Positions 1-9,907 of a stretch of 64,000 nt of DNA are shown here, piece by piece. Where the stretch lies: contig CAWDDT010000006.1 in NCBI GenBank assembly GCA_963801165.1, forward strand, positions 288,001 to 352,000. Reading direction: 5' to 3'. The translations under genes and the position numbers were made by a program. The notes under the pieces are model-generated. The model did not search any database. It was not told the origin of the DNA and saw only the letters and a program-made list of their open reading frames with translations. Numbering within the stretch: position 1 is the stretch's first letter; each line of letters begins with the position of its first letter. This DNA comes from an uncultured bacterium (GTDB lineage: Bacteria; Actinomycetota; Acidimicrobiia; Spongiisociales; UBA5794).

Positions 1-359
1 GACGCAGACGGGCTCGAATCGAGCAATTCATCGAGCTGTGCTTTTGGGATAGCCAGCAGCGTCGTGTCCGACCTCGCCCGGACCGAGGCGTTGCGCGGGG
101 CGTTCTCCAACAATGCCATCTCGCCGACAACACCATCGGTCTGCACGGCCAGCAGCACTTCACCACCAACCGACGTCTTGACGATCTCGATCTGGCCGTC
201 CATCACGATAAAGGCACGATCACCTTCATCTCCCTCGGAGAACAGAAGCTCCCCGGCGGCCAACCGAACCTCTTCGCTCCCGCGGCAAAGCCGTTCCAGA
301 TCCTGCTGAGGCAACTCTGAAAAGAGCGGAACCTCCCGCAGACGCTCCAGAAGACTCAT
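1..359 (-). CDS. cNMP-binding domain protein, probably the N-terminus of a sensor kinase (runs off the window edge)
   Basis: Manual translation MSLLERLREVPLFSELPQQDLERL...LFSEGDEGDRAFIV...GEMALLENAPRNASVRA shows the cNMP beta-barrel signature. Its ATG overlaps the upstream stop (ATGA). Confidence 0.85.
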   Translation of the reverse strand, partial: MSLLERLREVPLFSELPQQDLERLCRGSEEVRLAAGELLFSEGDEGDRAFIVMDGQIEIVKTSVGGEVLLAVQTDGVVGEMALLENAPRNASVRARSDTTLLAIPKAQLDELLDSSPSA

Positions 360-2014
360 GCGGTCTCGAGATACCTGTGTATCAGGCTCACCGCCACCGC
401 CCCCTGGCCAACGGCGGAGGCGACCCGGCGGATCACGTTGGCTCGCACGTCACCCGCAGCGAAGATGCCCGGGACGCTCGTCTCGAGAAGAAACGGGTCC
501 CGGCTCAGCGGCCACAACCGCGGCCAGGCCCCGTCGACCATCAGATCGCTGCCGGTCAGCACGAAGCCCCGCTGATCCCGCAGCACCACACCGTCGACCA
601 GTTCGGAATGTGGCCGGGCGCCGATGAAGATGAAGAGGCCACCAGCGTCGCGAGTGACCTCGGAGCCATCCCCCCGGTCGCGGAGTGTCACCTTTTCCAG
701 ATGCCCCTCGCCGGCAACACCGGCAACCTCGGCGTGCAGACGCACCATGATGTTGGGGGTGGCGGCGATCTGATCGATCAGGTATTGCGACATCCTGGCT
801 TCGATTGATTCGCCGCGCACAACCAGCGTCACGGTTCCGGCGAATTTCGATAGCATCATCGCGGCCTGACCGGCCGAGTTGGCGCCGCCGACGACCAGCA
901 CATCCTCACCCCGGTAGGCCACGGCCTCGGCCACCGCCGCGCCATACCAGATCCCGGCGCCGATGAGTGTCTCCGCTCCCGGCACGTCCAGGGTTCGGAG
1001 GGTCATACCGCTGGCAATGAGCAGAGCCCGACAGCTCAGTTCTTTCCCGTTGTTCAGGGTCACGATCTTGGTGGGGTCCTCGACCCGCACCCCGGTAGCC
1101 TCCACTGCGGTAAGGATCTCCGCTCCGAGCCGCTTAGCCTGCGCCGTGGCCCGCCTGGCGAGGTCGCCACCGCTGATGCCCTTGGGGAAGCCCAGGTAAT
1201 TCTCGATTCTGGAGGATTGCCCCGCCTGGCCGCCCGTGGCGTGCCTTTCGATCACCGCAGTCCGCAACCCCTCGGATGCCCCGTACACGCCGGCACCGAG
1301 CCCGGCCGGACCGGCTCCGATGACCACCAGGTCGTAATGGCTCGTCAAGGCCTCCGTTTGCAGTCCGGCATGATCCGCCAGTGTGCGGTGGTCTGGTCGC
1401 TCGAGCCTGGTCCCGTCGGGGAACACCACGAGCGGCAGTTCTGCGCGCCGATCGCCCGCCCCGGCAATAGCTCGAGCTTCCGGCTCGGTTTCCACATCCA
1501 TGAACCGGTACGGGACTTGATTGCGGGAAAGGAAGTCCTTTACGTCGTAGCTGTCGGGGGACCAGCGCACGCCGACCAATTTGATCCCGTCGTAGGGGGT
1601 GGGGACAGCGGCCCGCCAGTCATCGAGCAACTCGTCGAGTACCGGGTACAGGTGCTCCTCCGGCGGATCCCACGGCTTCATCAGGTAGTGGTCGAGACCG
1701 ACCTCGTTGATCGCAGAGATGGCGGCATCGGTATCGGCATACGCCGTCAGCAGAATCTTCTTTGCGTCGGGATAGTCCGGCACGACGCTTGCCAGGAACT
1801 CGGTGCCGCTCATCTCCGGCATCCGCTGGTCGACAACGAACAGCGCCACAGTGTCGCCCCGCCCGGTCAGCTCGGCCAGGGCATCGAGGGCTTCCGAGCC
1901 GGACTCGGCACGCACGATGCGATAGGACTCGCCGTATTGCCGGCGCAGATCGCGAGCTACTGCAGCCAGCACCTGCGGGTCGTCGTCCACCGCGACAATC
2001 ACCGGCTTACTCAC
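356..2014 (-). CDS. Fused response regulator receiver / thioredoxin-disulfide reductase-like flavoprotein
   Basis: Receiver motifs VDDD, VDQRMP and KP; FAD/NAD motifs GAGPAG, GGANSAGQ and GIFAAGD. Confidence 0.92.
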   Translation of the reverse strand: MSKPVIVAVDDDPQVLAAVARDLRRQYGESYRIVRAESGSEALDALAELTGRGDTVALFVVDQRMPEMSGTEFLASVVPDYPDAKKILLTAYADTDAAISAINEVGLDHYLMKPWDPPEEHLYPVLDELLDDWRAAVPTPYDGIKLVGVRWSPDSYDVKDFLSRNQVPYRFMDVETEPEARAIAGAGDRRAELPLVVFPDGTRLERPDHRTLADHAGLQTEALTSHYDLVVIGAGPAGLGAGVYGASEGLRTAVIERHATGGQAGQSSRIENYLGFPKGISGGDLARRATAQAKRLGAEILTAVEATGVRVEDPTKIVTLNNGKELSCRALLIASGMTLRTLDVPGAETLIGAGIWYGAAVAEAVAYRGEDVLVVGGANSAGQAAMMLSKFAGTVTLVVRGESIEARMSQYLIDQIAATPNIMVRLHAEVAGVAGEGHLEKVTLRDRGDGSEVTRDAGGLFIFIGARPHSELVDGVVLRDQRGFVLTGSDLMVDGAWPRLWPLSRDPFLLETSVPGIFAAGDVRANVIRRVASAVGQGAVAVSLIHRYLETA

Positions 2015-2195
2015 GGCAGCCCCCTCATGTTTTCAAGCGAAGTCGCCATCGCCAACAATCTCATCCGTGCCTCCCTCGTACCTCACGACACGATCCACAA
2101 GATAGTGAAGCCGACAAACCGCCGCCCGAATGAGACGGGCGGCGTTACCTTCGGCGCCACTAGAGTCGATAGCGTCGGCAGCGTGGGAGTGTGTG

Positions 2196-3914
2196 ATGAT
2201 CGGGCAGGAATCTCGTGATCTCGTTGCGCTCAACGCGGATGTGGTCGGCTACAGCGCCCTGGTCGCAGATGACCCCGCCGCTACGACCGCCACAATGACC
2301 GACTACCGCCAGCTGGTGGAGAACAGAACCAGCGAGAACGGCGGCACCCTGGCCAATTTCGTCGGCGACAACTTCATGGCCCTTTTCGAAGACGCCAAGG
2401 CCGCGTTGCGAGCAGCAATCGCCATCGCCGCCGCCGCCGAGCAGTACAACGCTGATCTCCCGGCCTCGCGCCGCGTTCGCTTCCGTATGGGCATGGATGT
2501 TGGCCCCGTCACCGGTATCGAAGGTGATTATCTCGGCGACGCTCTCAACATCGCAGCCCGTATCCAGGCCATCGCCCCGGCCGGCGGCCTGGCCGTTTCG
2601 GGCCGTGTCTACCACGCTCTCGACGAGCCTGCCCTGCGGTTCCGGCCGATGGGTAGGCAGCGGCTCAAGAACATACCGGAGCAGGTAGAGGTCTACCGGT
2701 TCGCCGACTTGCCCAGCGACGGTACCCAGCGTGTTGCCCACGGCTCACTGTCGCTCGAGATACCTACGCTCGCAATTCTCCCCATTCATGCCGAAACGGT
2801 CGATGAGACGGTACGGGGCACCGCAGCGATGATCCGTCTCGACCTCGTCCACCGGCTCTCCATGATCCCCGACCTGGAAGTGATCGACGCATTGGGTGAG
2901 CCCGGGAGCGGCCCCGATACGACCGCCCGGTATATGGTCGAAACCGGTGTCCACCAGTTCGGGCGCAACCTCCGGGTCTTCGCCATGCTCTTCGACGTGG
3001 ACACGATGAACATCGTCAAGTCACACAAGTGGATGACCACCGTCGACGATCTGTTCAACCTGTCAGAGAAGCTGGCCGAGGAAGTGGCTCAATCGGTGGA
3101 GGTCGAGCTGGTCGTCGGTGAACCGGCGCGGCTCTACGCCGAACTCGATGACCCCGCCGCCATCGAGAAGATCTACCTCGGCTGGTATCACCTGCGAAAC
3201 GACACGAAGGAGGGCTGGCAACGGGCGCTCGACATGTTTGCAGACGTCGCCCGCACCCACCCCGGCCACACATACGGGTCGGTTCTGTCGGCCTTCGCCT
3301 GGTGGCTAGGCGCGGTCAACGGCTGGGCCACGGACACGCAGGCTGCGCTCGACAAGGCGATGGCGCTCGCCAAACAGGGCGCGGCAGTGGGAGACCTGAC
3401 CGGCATGGCGCAGGCCGTAGAGGCAGCGGTGTTGATGGCGCGAGGTTCCGTCGACGAGGCCCTGGTGAAGCTCGACAACGCCGAGATCGTGCGCCCCACC
3501 TGCGACATCACCTACGGCCTCCAGGGCAGTCTGCGACGCTACCTGGGACAGTGGGAGCAGGCAGTCGAGCTGCTCGACGTCGCCATGCAGCTCACCGGGA
3601 TCAACAAGCCGTGGTACCCGACGGTCAAGGCGGCGTCGCTCTTTGTGGGCGGAAGGGTCGAAGAGGCCGCATCGCTGGCTCAGGGAGTCCTCGACTACCA
3701 ACCGAACAACCTGGAAGCACTGCTCGTGCTGGCCGCCGCCCAGGTCGAGCTGGGCATGGACCGCCGGGCGCGGGCGACGGCCGAGCTGATCAAAGAGCGG
3801 TTTCCCTCTGTCGACGTCGAGGACTGGCTGGACAAGACGCCGTATCACCGCCGTGATGTCGTAGAGCGGTGGAAGGTCGATATGACCTCGGCAGGGGCGA
3901 TCGTGGGCGCGTAA
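2196..3914 (+). CDS. Class III adenylate/guanylate cyclase with TolB-N-like and TPR regions
   Basis: ADVVGYS, GDNFMA and GDALNIAARIQ cyclase motifs; helical TPR-like C-terminus. Start chosen at ATG 2196 within ORF 2130..3914. Confidence 0.85.
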   Translation: MIGQESRDLVALNADVVGYSALVADDPAATTATMTDYRQLVENRTSENGGTLANFVGDNFMALFEDAKAALRAAIAIAAAAEQYNADLPASRRVRFRMGMDVGPVTGIEGDYLGDALNIAARIQAIAPAGGLAVSGRVYHALDEPALRFRPMGRQRLKNIPEQVEVYRFADLPSDGTQRVAHGSLSLEIPTLAILPIHAETVDETVRGTAAMIRLDLVHRLSMIPDLEVIDALGEPGSGPDTTARYMVETGVHQFGRNLRVFAMLFDVDTMNIVKSHKWMTTVDDLFNLSEKLAEEVAQSVEVELVVGEPARLYAELDDPAAIEKIYLGWYHLRNDTKEGWQRALDMFADVARTHPGHTYGSVLSAFAWWLGAVNGWATDTQAALDKAMALAKQGAAVGDLTGMAQAVEAAVLMARGSVDEALVKLDNAEIVRPTCDITYGLQGSLRRYLGQWEQAVELLDVAMQLTGINKPWYPTVKAASLFVGGRVEEAASLAQGVLDYQPNNLEALLVLAAAQVELGMDRRARATAELIKERFPSVDVEDWLDKTPYHRRDVVERWKVDMTSAGAIVGA

Positions 3915-4111
3915 AGCCGGCCGTCGTTTCCCAGCGCGATTCCAAGACTCGCATCGTTCCTGCAGACCTCGCCCGTGCACTAGCACCGTCGCCGACCCCC
4001 TGACCGCGTGGTGATCGAAGCAGCCGTCGCCGCCTGGGAGCGGCTGCGTGACAGGCACGGTGACGAGGTCGTCGGCTGTAACGCGAGGCCGTTCCCCGGC
4101 ACCGACGGATA

Positions 4112-4151
4112 GGCGAACCGGCGATCGGCGAACCGGCGATCGGCGAACCGG
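4112..4151. repeat. 15-bp tandem repeat (GGCGAACCGGCGATC) x ~2.7
   Basis: Directly visible in the intergenic sequence. Confidence 0.85.
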
Positions 4152-4169
4152 TCCAGGCGGCGGCGTCGC

Positions 4170-4841
4170 TCAGTCCGGGCGCGCCGGCGTCGCCACCACC
4201 ACCTCCGAGGGGACACCCCAGGCGGTGACGACCCGACGATGCAGTATGCGCCACGTCTGGCCGGGTTCGAGGCTGGTGGGCCGGCAACCACCGACCACCC
4301 TGGGAGCCCGGGCCCACAACCATTGCCAGCCCCGGCTCACCGCCTTGCTGATCGGCGTCGTGCCCGGGGTCAAGCCGACGGTGCACAGCTTTCCGCCCGT
4401 GGCAAGCAGCCGCGACGCCTCGCTGAGGATCCCGGCGGTAAATTCGGCATCAAGCAGGTCAAACACGTAGACGGCGACAAACCGATCGAAACCCCCATCC
4501 TCTCCCGGCAGGGGAAGGCTCCCGTCCACCCGGTGAACATCGGCTCGCTCGACCCAGGGCGCCAACCGCCCCGAAGCCAGCCGCACCATCGTGTCACTGA
4601 CGTCGAGCCCGAGATATGTCGCAGCAGGAGCGAGATGGTCATCGAGTAGTTCCCGGGCGAAGGCACCCGTACCGCAACCAAGCTCAAAGACGCGCCGGGC
4701 GGAGTCGAACTCGCCATGCTCGATGAGGTCTTTGACGGGCGGCGCCTCGTAGAACCGCTGCCAGTCCTGCATCCGACCGATGCGGTTGTAAACGCCTCGC
4801 GCTTGCTGTGGGGTGAGGGCACCGCCTTCGCCGGTAGCCAT
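4170..4841 (-). CDS. Class I SAM-dependent methyltransferase
   Basis: VFELGCGTG motif I, GLDVSDTM, FDRFVAVYVFD. Confidence 0.88.
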   Translation of the reverse strand: MATGEGGALTPQQARGVYNRIGRMQDWQRFYEAPPVKDLIEHGEFDSARRVFELGCGTGAFARELLDDHLAPAATYLGLDVSDTMVRLASGRLAPWVERADVHRVDGSLPLPGEDGGFDRFVAVYVFDLLDAEFTAGILSEASRLLATGGKLCTVGLTPGTTPISKAVSRGWQWLWARAPRVVGGCRPTSLEPGQTWRILHRRVVTAWGVPSEVVVATPARPD

Positions 4842-5041
4842 AGGCTTCCGATACTACGTGCGATCGCTCCGGTGTTCGTCGTCGCAGAGCCGCGAGGATC
4901 GGCTTGATATGTCGACCAGGGTTCTGGCGCCCCGCGCCGCCGTCCACGCGTTCCACGACAGCCGCCAACGCTGATGCGTAGGCTGTGATCGGCCCCGCCG
5001 ACGATTCCTCGAGCGGGTTGGGAGAGACGAAAGGAACCCAC

Positions 5042-5833
5042 GTGAAGGATCTCAACACTCGCGTCTCGGCCAAATGGCTGCGACGTCTTGTTCTTTCGAC
5101 GGTGATCGCCATGATCATGGTGCCGACTGCCGTCATCGCTTCTGGTGGCGCATTTGTCGACGACGACACAAATATCTTCGAGAACGACATCAACTGGATG
5201 GCCTCCTCTGGTGTGACCCTCGGTTGCGACGCAGCCAACAATCTGTACTGCCCCAATGACAACGTCACACGCGGCCAGATGGCCGCCTTCATGCATCGGT
5301 TGGCAAAGTACCTTGGCGCCGAGGACGGCACACCGGCACAAGCCGACAACGCAACCCACGCAGACGACGCAACTCACGCAGACAACGCAGACGCCCTCGG
5401 TGGCGTGGCCGCCGTTGACGTGTTGCCGGGCGGTACGCTCCCTGCGGGCTCCGTCCTACGAGGCACGCTCAACGTCGGGGGCACCGCAGCCAACCCTAAC
5501 GATCTGGCGACCGCGGACATCTCATACGGGTTCGACATGGGATCGCCGCTCAGCGTCGTGGTCATCGACGCGGGTGGTACTCCCCCGGACACATGCCCCG
5601 GAACGGCAAACGATCCTGCGGCCGATCCCGGGTACATTTGTATCTTCTCGACCGTGGACGCGAACACAACGCTGGGCGGCGACAACGACTCGTTCTCCTT
5701 CGGCGTGACGGTGTACACCCGATCTGATGCTGCGGGCGACTTCTACACGATCGCAAACTGGGCAGCAACCGCACCCGGGCCGGCGCCGGCAGCCGCGACG
5801 CCGCACCAATCCACGTCGGCCAACGGGTCATAG
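5042..5833 (+). CDS. Secreted S-layer homology (SLH-like) domain protein
   Basis: Signal peptide; FVDDD...FENDINWMASSGVTLGC...YCPNDNVTRGQMAAF resembles SLH; AAAGGA RBS before GTG 5042. Confidence 0.75.
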   Translation: MKDLNTRVSAKWLRRLVLSTVIAMIMVPTAVIASGGAFVDDDTNIFENDINWMASSGVTLGCDAANNLYCPNDNVTRGQMAAFMHRLAKYLGAEDGTPAQADNATHADDATHADNADALGGVAAVDVLPGGTLPAGSVLRGTLNVGGTAANPNDLATADISYGFDMGSPLSVVVIDAGGTPPDTCPGTANDPAADPGYICIFSTVDANTTLGGDNDSFSFGVTVYTRSDAAGDFYTIANWAATAPGPAPAAATPHQSTSANGS

Positions 5834-5876
5834 CCCGACCTGAGGCCGAGCGCCGCCAGCGGGCGTCGATCATTGC

Positions 5877-5914
5877 CAGCAGCGGGGGTCGTCACGAGAC
5901 GACCCCCGCTGCTG
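5877..5914. terminator. Stem-loop, probable terminator
   Basis: CAGCAGCGGGGGTCGTC-ACGA-GACGACCCCCGCTGCTG, a perfect 17-bp stem after the SLH gene. Confidence 0.65.
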
Positions 5915-6170
5915 CGGTTACGGCCTCTGCACCTGGTACACACCTAAGGTCGCGCATCCAACCCCGCAATGGCCGGGAGATTCACTGAGCCGTCATTCGA
6001 CGTTCGAAAGCCGTCAATTTCCAGCGCCCCGTAGTGCCGCGACCGTCGCTAGGGTTGGTTGCGGTCTGAAACGCTGAAGGGGTTAGACGCAGTGGGGAAA
6101 TGCGACTTTGGGTGGACCGAGACTCGATCCGTCATCCTCGTTGCTACGCACGTCCTCTGAAGGAGGCAAT

Positions 6171-9100
6171 GTGAAACGAAAGCTATGGACCGTGCTCGCG
6201 GTCTTCGCAATGGTGGCTGCGCTGCTGCCATTGAGTGCCATAGCGGCGGTAGCCGCCCCGGGCACTTCGGTATTTATCAATGAGATCCATTACGACAACA
6301 CGGGGTCCGATTCCGGTGAGGCGGTTGAGGTCGCCGGTCCGGCGGGAACCGATCTGACCGGGTGGAGCATCGTGCTCTACAACGGGAACGGCGGCGCCTC
6401 CTACAACACGACCGCGCTTTCGGGCACACTGGCAGATGACTCCAACGGCTACGGGTTTGTGGTTCTGGACTACCCGTCGAACGGCATCCAGAACGGTGCA
6501 CCCGATGGGTTGGCACTGGTCGACGCCTCCAACAATGTGGTCCAATTCCTCTCCTACGAGGGAACCTTTGCTGCCGTGGGCGGCGCTGCCGACGGGATGA
6601 CCAGCACCGACATTGGTGTGTCGGAAGGTGGATCCGATCCAGCGGGCGAGTCACTGCAGCTGACCGGAACCGGATCGGCCTATGAAGACTTCACCTGGGC
6701 AGGATCGGCGACGAGCACTTTCGGTGCCGTGAACACCGGCCAAACCCTCGTGACCGCTACCTCTTCACCGTTCATCAATGAGATCCATTACGACAACACG
6801 TCTACCGATACCGGTGAGGCGATTGAGGTCGCCGGTCCGGCGGGAACCGACCTGACCGGGTGGAGCATCCTGCTCTACAACGGAAACGGCGGCGCCGTCT
6901 ACGACACCATCGCTCTGTCCGGAACCATCCCCGACCAGGACTCAGGATATGGAACTCTCTCGTTCCCCCGGGCGGGCATCCAGAACGGCTCACCCGATGG
7001 GCTCGCTCTGGTTGATGCATCCAACGGCGTTGTGCAGTTCCTCAGCTATGAGGGCAGCTTCATCGCTGTTGGCGGCGCTGCCGACGGGATGACCAGCACC
7101 GACATCGGGGTTGAGGAAGCCTCGAGCTCTGCGGTTGGCGACTCGCTCCAGCTGACCGGTTCGGGAACGGCCTACGAGGACTTCACCTGGGCAGCATCAC
7201 AGCCCAACACGTTCGGTGCCGTCAACACCGGCCAGAGCTTCGGGATCGTGCTCAACGCTCCCGTTGTTGTCGACTGTGGTGACACGCTCTTCTCGACGGA
7301 GGGCTTCGAGGCAACGAGGACGATCGAAGCATCCGATGCCGACGGCACGGTTGTCGACATCGCGATCACTTCTTCCCCCGTCGCAGGCATCACCCTCGGC
7401 GATCTGGTGCCGGCGAGCGGCGTCGGAGAGACGGCATCGGCCGTCGTGACAGTTGACGCCACCACGGCACCTGGTTCCTACGGTGTCGAGCTGACCGCGA
7501 CCAACGACGACGCCGAACCACAGACTGCGACGTGCACGTTGGACGTCACGGTCGACCCTATTCTGTCCATCGGTACGGTCCAGGGCTCGGTGAGCGACAC
7601 CGACAACGGGGCAACGTTCGACTCGACGTACGTCGGTGACTACGTGACCATCCAGGCCGTCGTCACCCAGCAGGTCCTGAGTCGCACGAGCTCGGGAGAC
7701 AACAGCTACGGCTACTTCCTGCAGAACACCGCAGCGACGGCAGACGGCGACCCGAATTCGTCGGACGGCATCTTCCTGTATACGGGATCCTTCGACGATA
7801 TCTACGTCGGGCCCGGTTACTACACCCCGCAGGTCGGCGACGAGCTCATCATCCGGGCCAAGGTGAGCGAGTACTTCCACCTGACCGAGCTGTCGAGCGC
7901 AAGCCTCGTGTCAATCGTCAGGACCGGTGTCGACGTCGATGCGGAGACGCCCGCGTTCGTGACGAATCCGCCCGCCGACCTCGATGACGCCAACCGATAT
8001 TGGGAGCGCCATGAGGGCATGCGTGCGGAGATCCCCTCCGGGAGCTTTGCACTCGGTGGACGTGACGTGTTCGCTAGCACGGCCGATGGTGAGGTGTGGG
8101 TGGCAACACCCGACAGCCCCATCGCGTCGCTCAGCGGCTATGCCCGCAGGGCGTTCCGCGACGAGCGCAACCTGGCCTCCGGGGTGGCCCCCGGCAACGG
8201 CTACCGCATCGTGATGGGCAGCCTGGGCATCAAGGCCACCGCGGGTGACAACACGGCGCTGATCGCACCGGTGCGGACCTACGACACGCTTACGGCACCC
8301 GCCGTCGGCGGTGTGTACTTCTCGTTTGCGAAGTACCAGATCCAGGTGGGTTCGCAACTCGAGCTCGATGCGGGTCTCAACCCGGCGAACGACTACCCGC
8401 CTCGGACACCCAACGTGGAGGGGCAGTACAGCCTCACCACATTCAACATGGAGAACCTGTACGACTATCGGAACGACCCGTTCGACGGGTGTGACTTCAC
8501 AACCGACACCGGTTGCCCGGGCGTCACCCCGCCGTTCGACTACGTGCCGGCAAGCGATGCGGCCTACCAGACGCGTCTCGGTGAGATCGCCTCGCAGGTG
8601 ATCAACAGCCTCCATGCCCCCGACGTGGTGTATGCGCAGGAGCTCGAGGATCAGGACATCTGCTCGGTCGACGTGTCGTGGACGCTCGTCTGCGGCGCCA
8701 CCAACAACGCCGACGGCAAGCCCGACACGCTCCAGGAGCTGACGACCAAGATCTATGCCCAGAGCGGCATCATGTACGACACGGCGTACGACCGTGACGG
8801 GGCTGATGACCGCGGCATCGTCAACGGCTACATGTTCCGGACCGATCGAGTCGAGCTGCTGCCGGCCGATGCGAGCGATCCCGTGCTCGGGTCCGACCCG
8901 CAGGTCGTCTACCGATCCGACGGGCTGGGCTTCAACACGGACGTGCAGAACCCGAAGTCGCTGAATGCGGATCTTCCGGGCGATGTCGACACGTCGACCG
9001 GCACCGATGGTGACCTGGTCTTCACCAGGGCTCCCCTTGTCGGGCACTTCCGGATCTGGCAGGAGGCCGTCGGGCTCGGGGCGTACACCGACGCCTATCT

Positions 9101-9782
9101 CATCGACAACCACTTCAGCAGCAGCCCGGACGCCCGAGTCGGTCAGCGGACCGAGCAGGCGAACTACAACGCCGCGATCGTCGCAGCCCTGCAGGACGCA
9201 AATCCGGGGGTGCGAGTGGTGGTCGGTGGTGACCTGAACGTCTATCCCGACAGCGACCAGCTCGCCGGGTTGTACGCCCAGGGCATGAGCAACCTGTATT
9301 ACACGCTGCTGGCAGCGAACCCCATCGCCGCCTACAGCTACGTGTACCAGGGACAGGCGCAGACGCTGGACCAGTTGTTCGTTACTCCGTCGGTGCTCTC
9401 GGATCTTTTCGAGATGAGGGCAGCGCACATCAACAGCGACTGGCCATCCGATTACGTGGGTGACGGCGCTCACGGTACGAGCGACCATGACCCACAGGTC
9501 GCCCGGTTTGCATTCAGCGAGAACGTCAGTCTCGACACGCTCGCGGCATTGGTGCAGTACTACGCCGACAACGGGATGATCACCGGCAACCAGACGGAGA
9601 CCATCCTGCTCAACAGGCTGGAAAAGGCACGCAGGTTCCTGCAACGGCACCAGATCAGCGCGTACAAGGCGCAGCTACATGCCTTGATAAACCAGGTGCA
9701 GGGCTTCTCGCCGCAGTTCATCGACCCGCACGCGGCCGATGTGCTGTCCTACGACGCGCACCTGCTGCTGGCGATGGCGTAG
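6171..9782 (+). CDS. Extracellular endonuclease, ExeM/NucH-like (2x lamin-tail domain, OB-fold, EEP domain, FIMAH-like tail)
   Basis: Signal peptide; two FINEIHYDN repeats; EEP motifs TFNMENL, NHFSS, GGDLN, LDQ, SDHDP; AGGAGG RBS before GTG 6171. Confidence 0.9.
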   Translation: MKRKLWTVLAVFAMVAALLPLSAIAAVAAPGTSVFINEIHYDNTGSDSGEAVEVAGPAGTDLTGWSIVLYNGNGGASYNTTALSGTLADDSNGYGFVVLDYPSNGIQNGAPDGLALVDASNNVVQFLSYEGTFAAVGGAADGMTSTDIGVSEGGSDPAGESLQLTGTGSAYEDFTWAGSATSTFGAVNTGQTLVTATSSPFINEIHYDNTSTDTGEAIEVAGPAGTDLTGWSILLYNGNGGAVYDTIALSGTIPDQDSGYGTLSFPRAGIQNGSPDGLALVDASNGVVQFLSYEGSFIAVGGAADGMTSTDIGVEEASSSAVGDSLQLTGSGTAYEDFTWAASQPNTFGAVNTGQSFGIVLNAPVVVDCGDTLFSTEGFEATRTIEASDADGTVVDIAITSSPVAGITLGDLVPASGVGETASAVVTVDATTAPGSYGVELTATNDDAEPQTATCTLDVTVDPILSIGTVQGSVSDTDNGATFDSTYVGDYVTIQAVVTQQVLSRTSSGDNSYGYFLQNTAATADGDPNSSDGIFLYTGSFDDIYVGPGYYTPQVGDELIIRAKVSEYFHLTELSSASLVSIVRTGVDVDAETPAFVTNPPADLDDANRYWERHEGMRAEIPSGSFALGGRDVFASTADGEVWVATPDSPIASLSGYARRAFRDERNLASGVAPGNGYRIVMGSLGIKATAGDNTALIAPVRTYDTLTAPAVGGVYFSFAKYQIQVGSQLELDAGLNPANDYPPRTPNVEGQYSLTTFNMENLYDYRNDPFDGCDFTTDTGCPGVTPPFDYVPASDAAYQTRLGEIASQVINSLHAPDVVYAQELEDQDICSVDVSWTLVCGATNNADGKPDTLQELTTKIYAQSGIMYDTAYDRDGADDRGIVNGYMFRTDRVELLPADASDPVLGSDPQVVYRSDGLGFNTDVQNPKSLNADLPGDVDTSTGTDGDLVFTRAPLVGHFRIWQEAVGLGAYTDAYLIDNHFSSSPDARVGQRTEQANYNAAIVAALQDANPGVRVVVGGDLNVYPDSDQLAGLYAQGMSNLYYTLLAANPIAAYSYVYQGQAQTLDQLFVTPSVLSDLFEMRAAHINSDWPSDYVGDGAHGTSDHDPQVARFAFSENVSLDTLAALVQYYADNGMITGNQTETILLNRLEKARRFLQRHQISAYKAQLHALINQVQGFSPQFIDPHAADVLSYDAHLLLAMA

Positions 9783-9806
9783 GCTGCCACGCTCCAACTG
9801 GACGAA

Positions 9807-9839
9807 ACAGGGACGGGCTCTGGAAGAGCCCGTCCCTGT
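9807..9839. terminator. Hairpin between convergent genes, probable bidirectional terminator
   Basis: ACAGGGACGGGCTCT-GGA-AGAGCCCGTCCCTGT, a 15-bp perfect stem. Confidence 0.75.
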
Positions 9840-9907
9840 CGTTGGTTGCCCGACAACTGCCCACAACGCTTCGCCCCGCTGTGACGCGTTTGCCTACCGA
9901 CCGATGC

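Noticed and set aside
3915-4110. Possible gene or transposase remnant between the cyclase and the methyltransferase
   Set aside because: No convincing motif, terminal repeats or RBS.
7911-9650. Long antisense and alternative-frame ORFs (also 19290..20774, 47337..48698 and others)
   Set aside because: Shadow ORFs expected in high-GC DNA opposite well-supported genes; no motifs.
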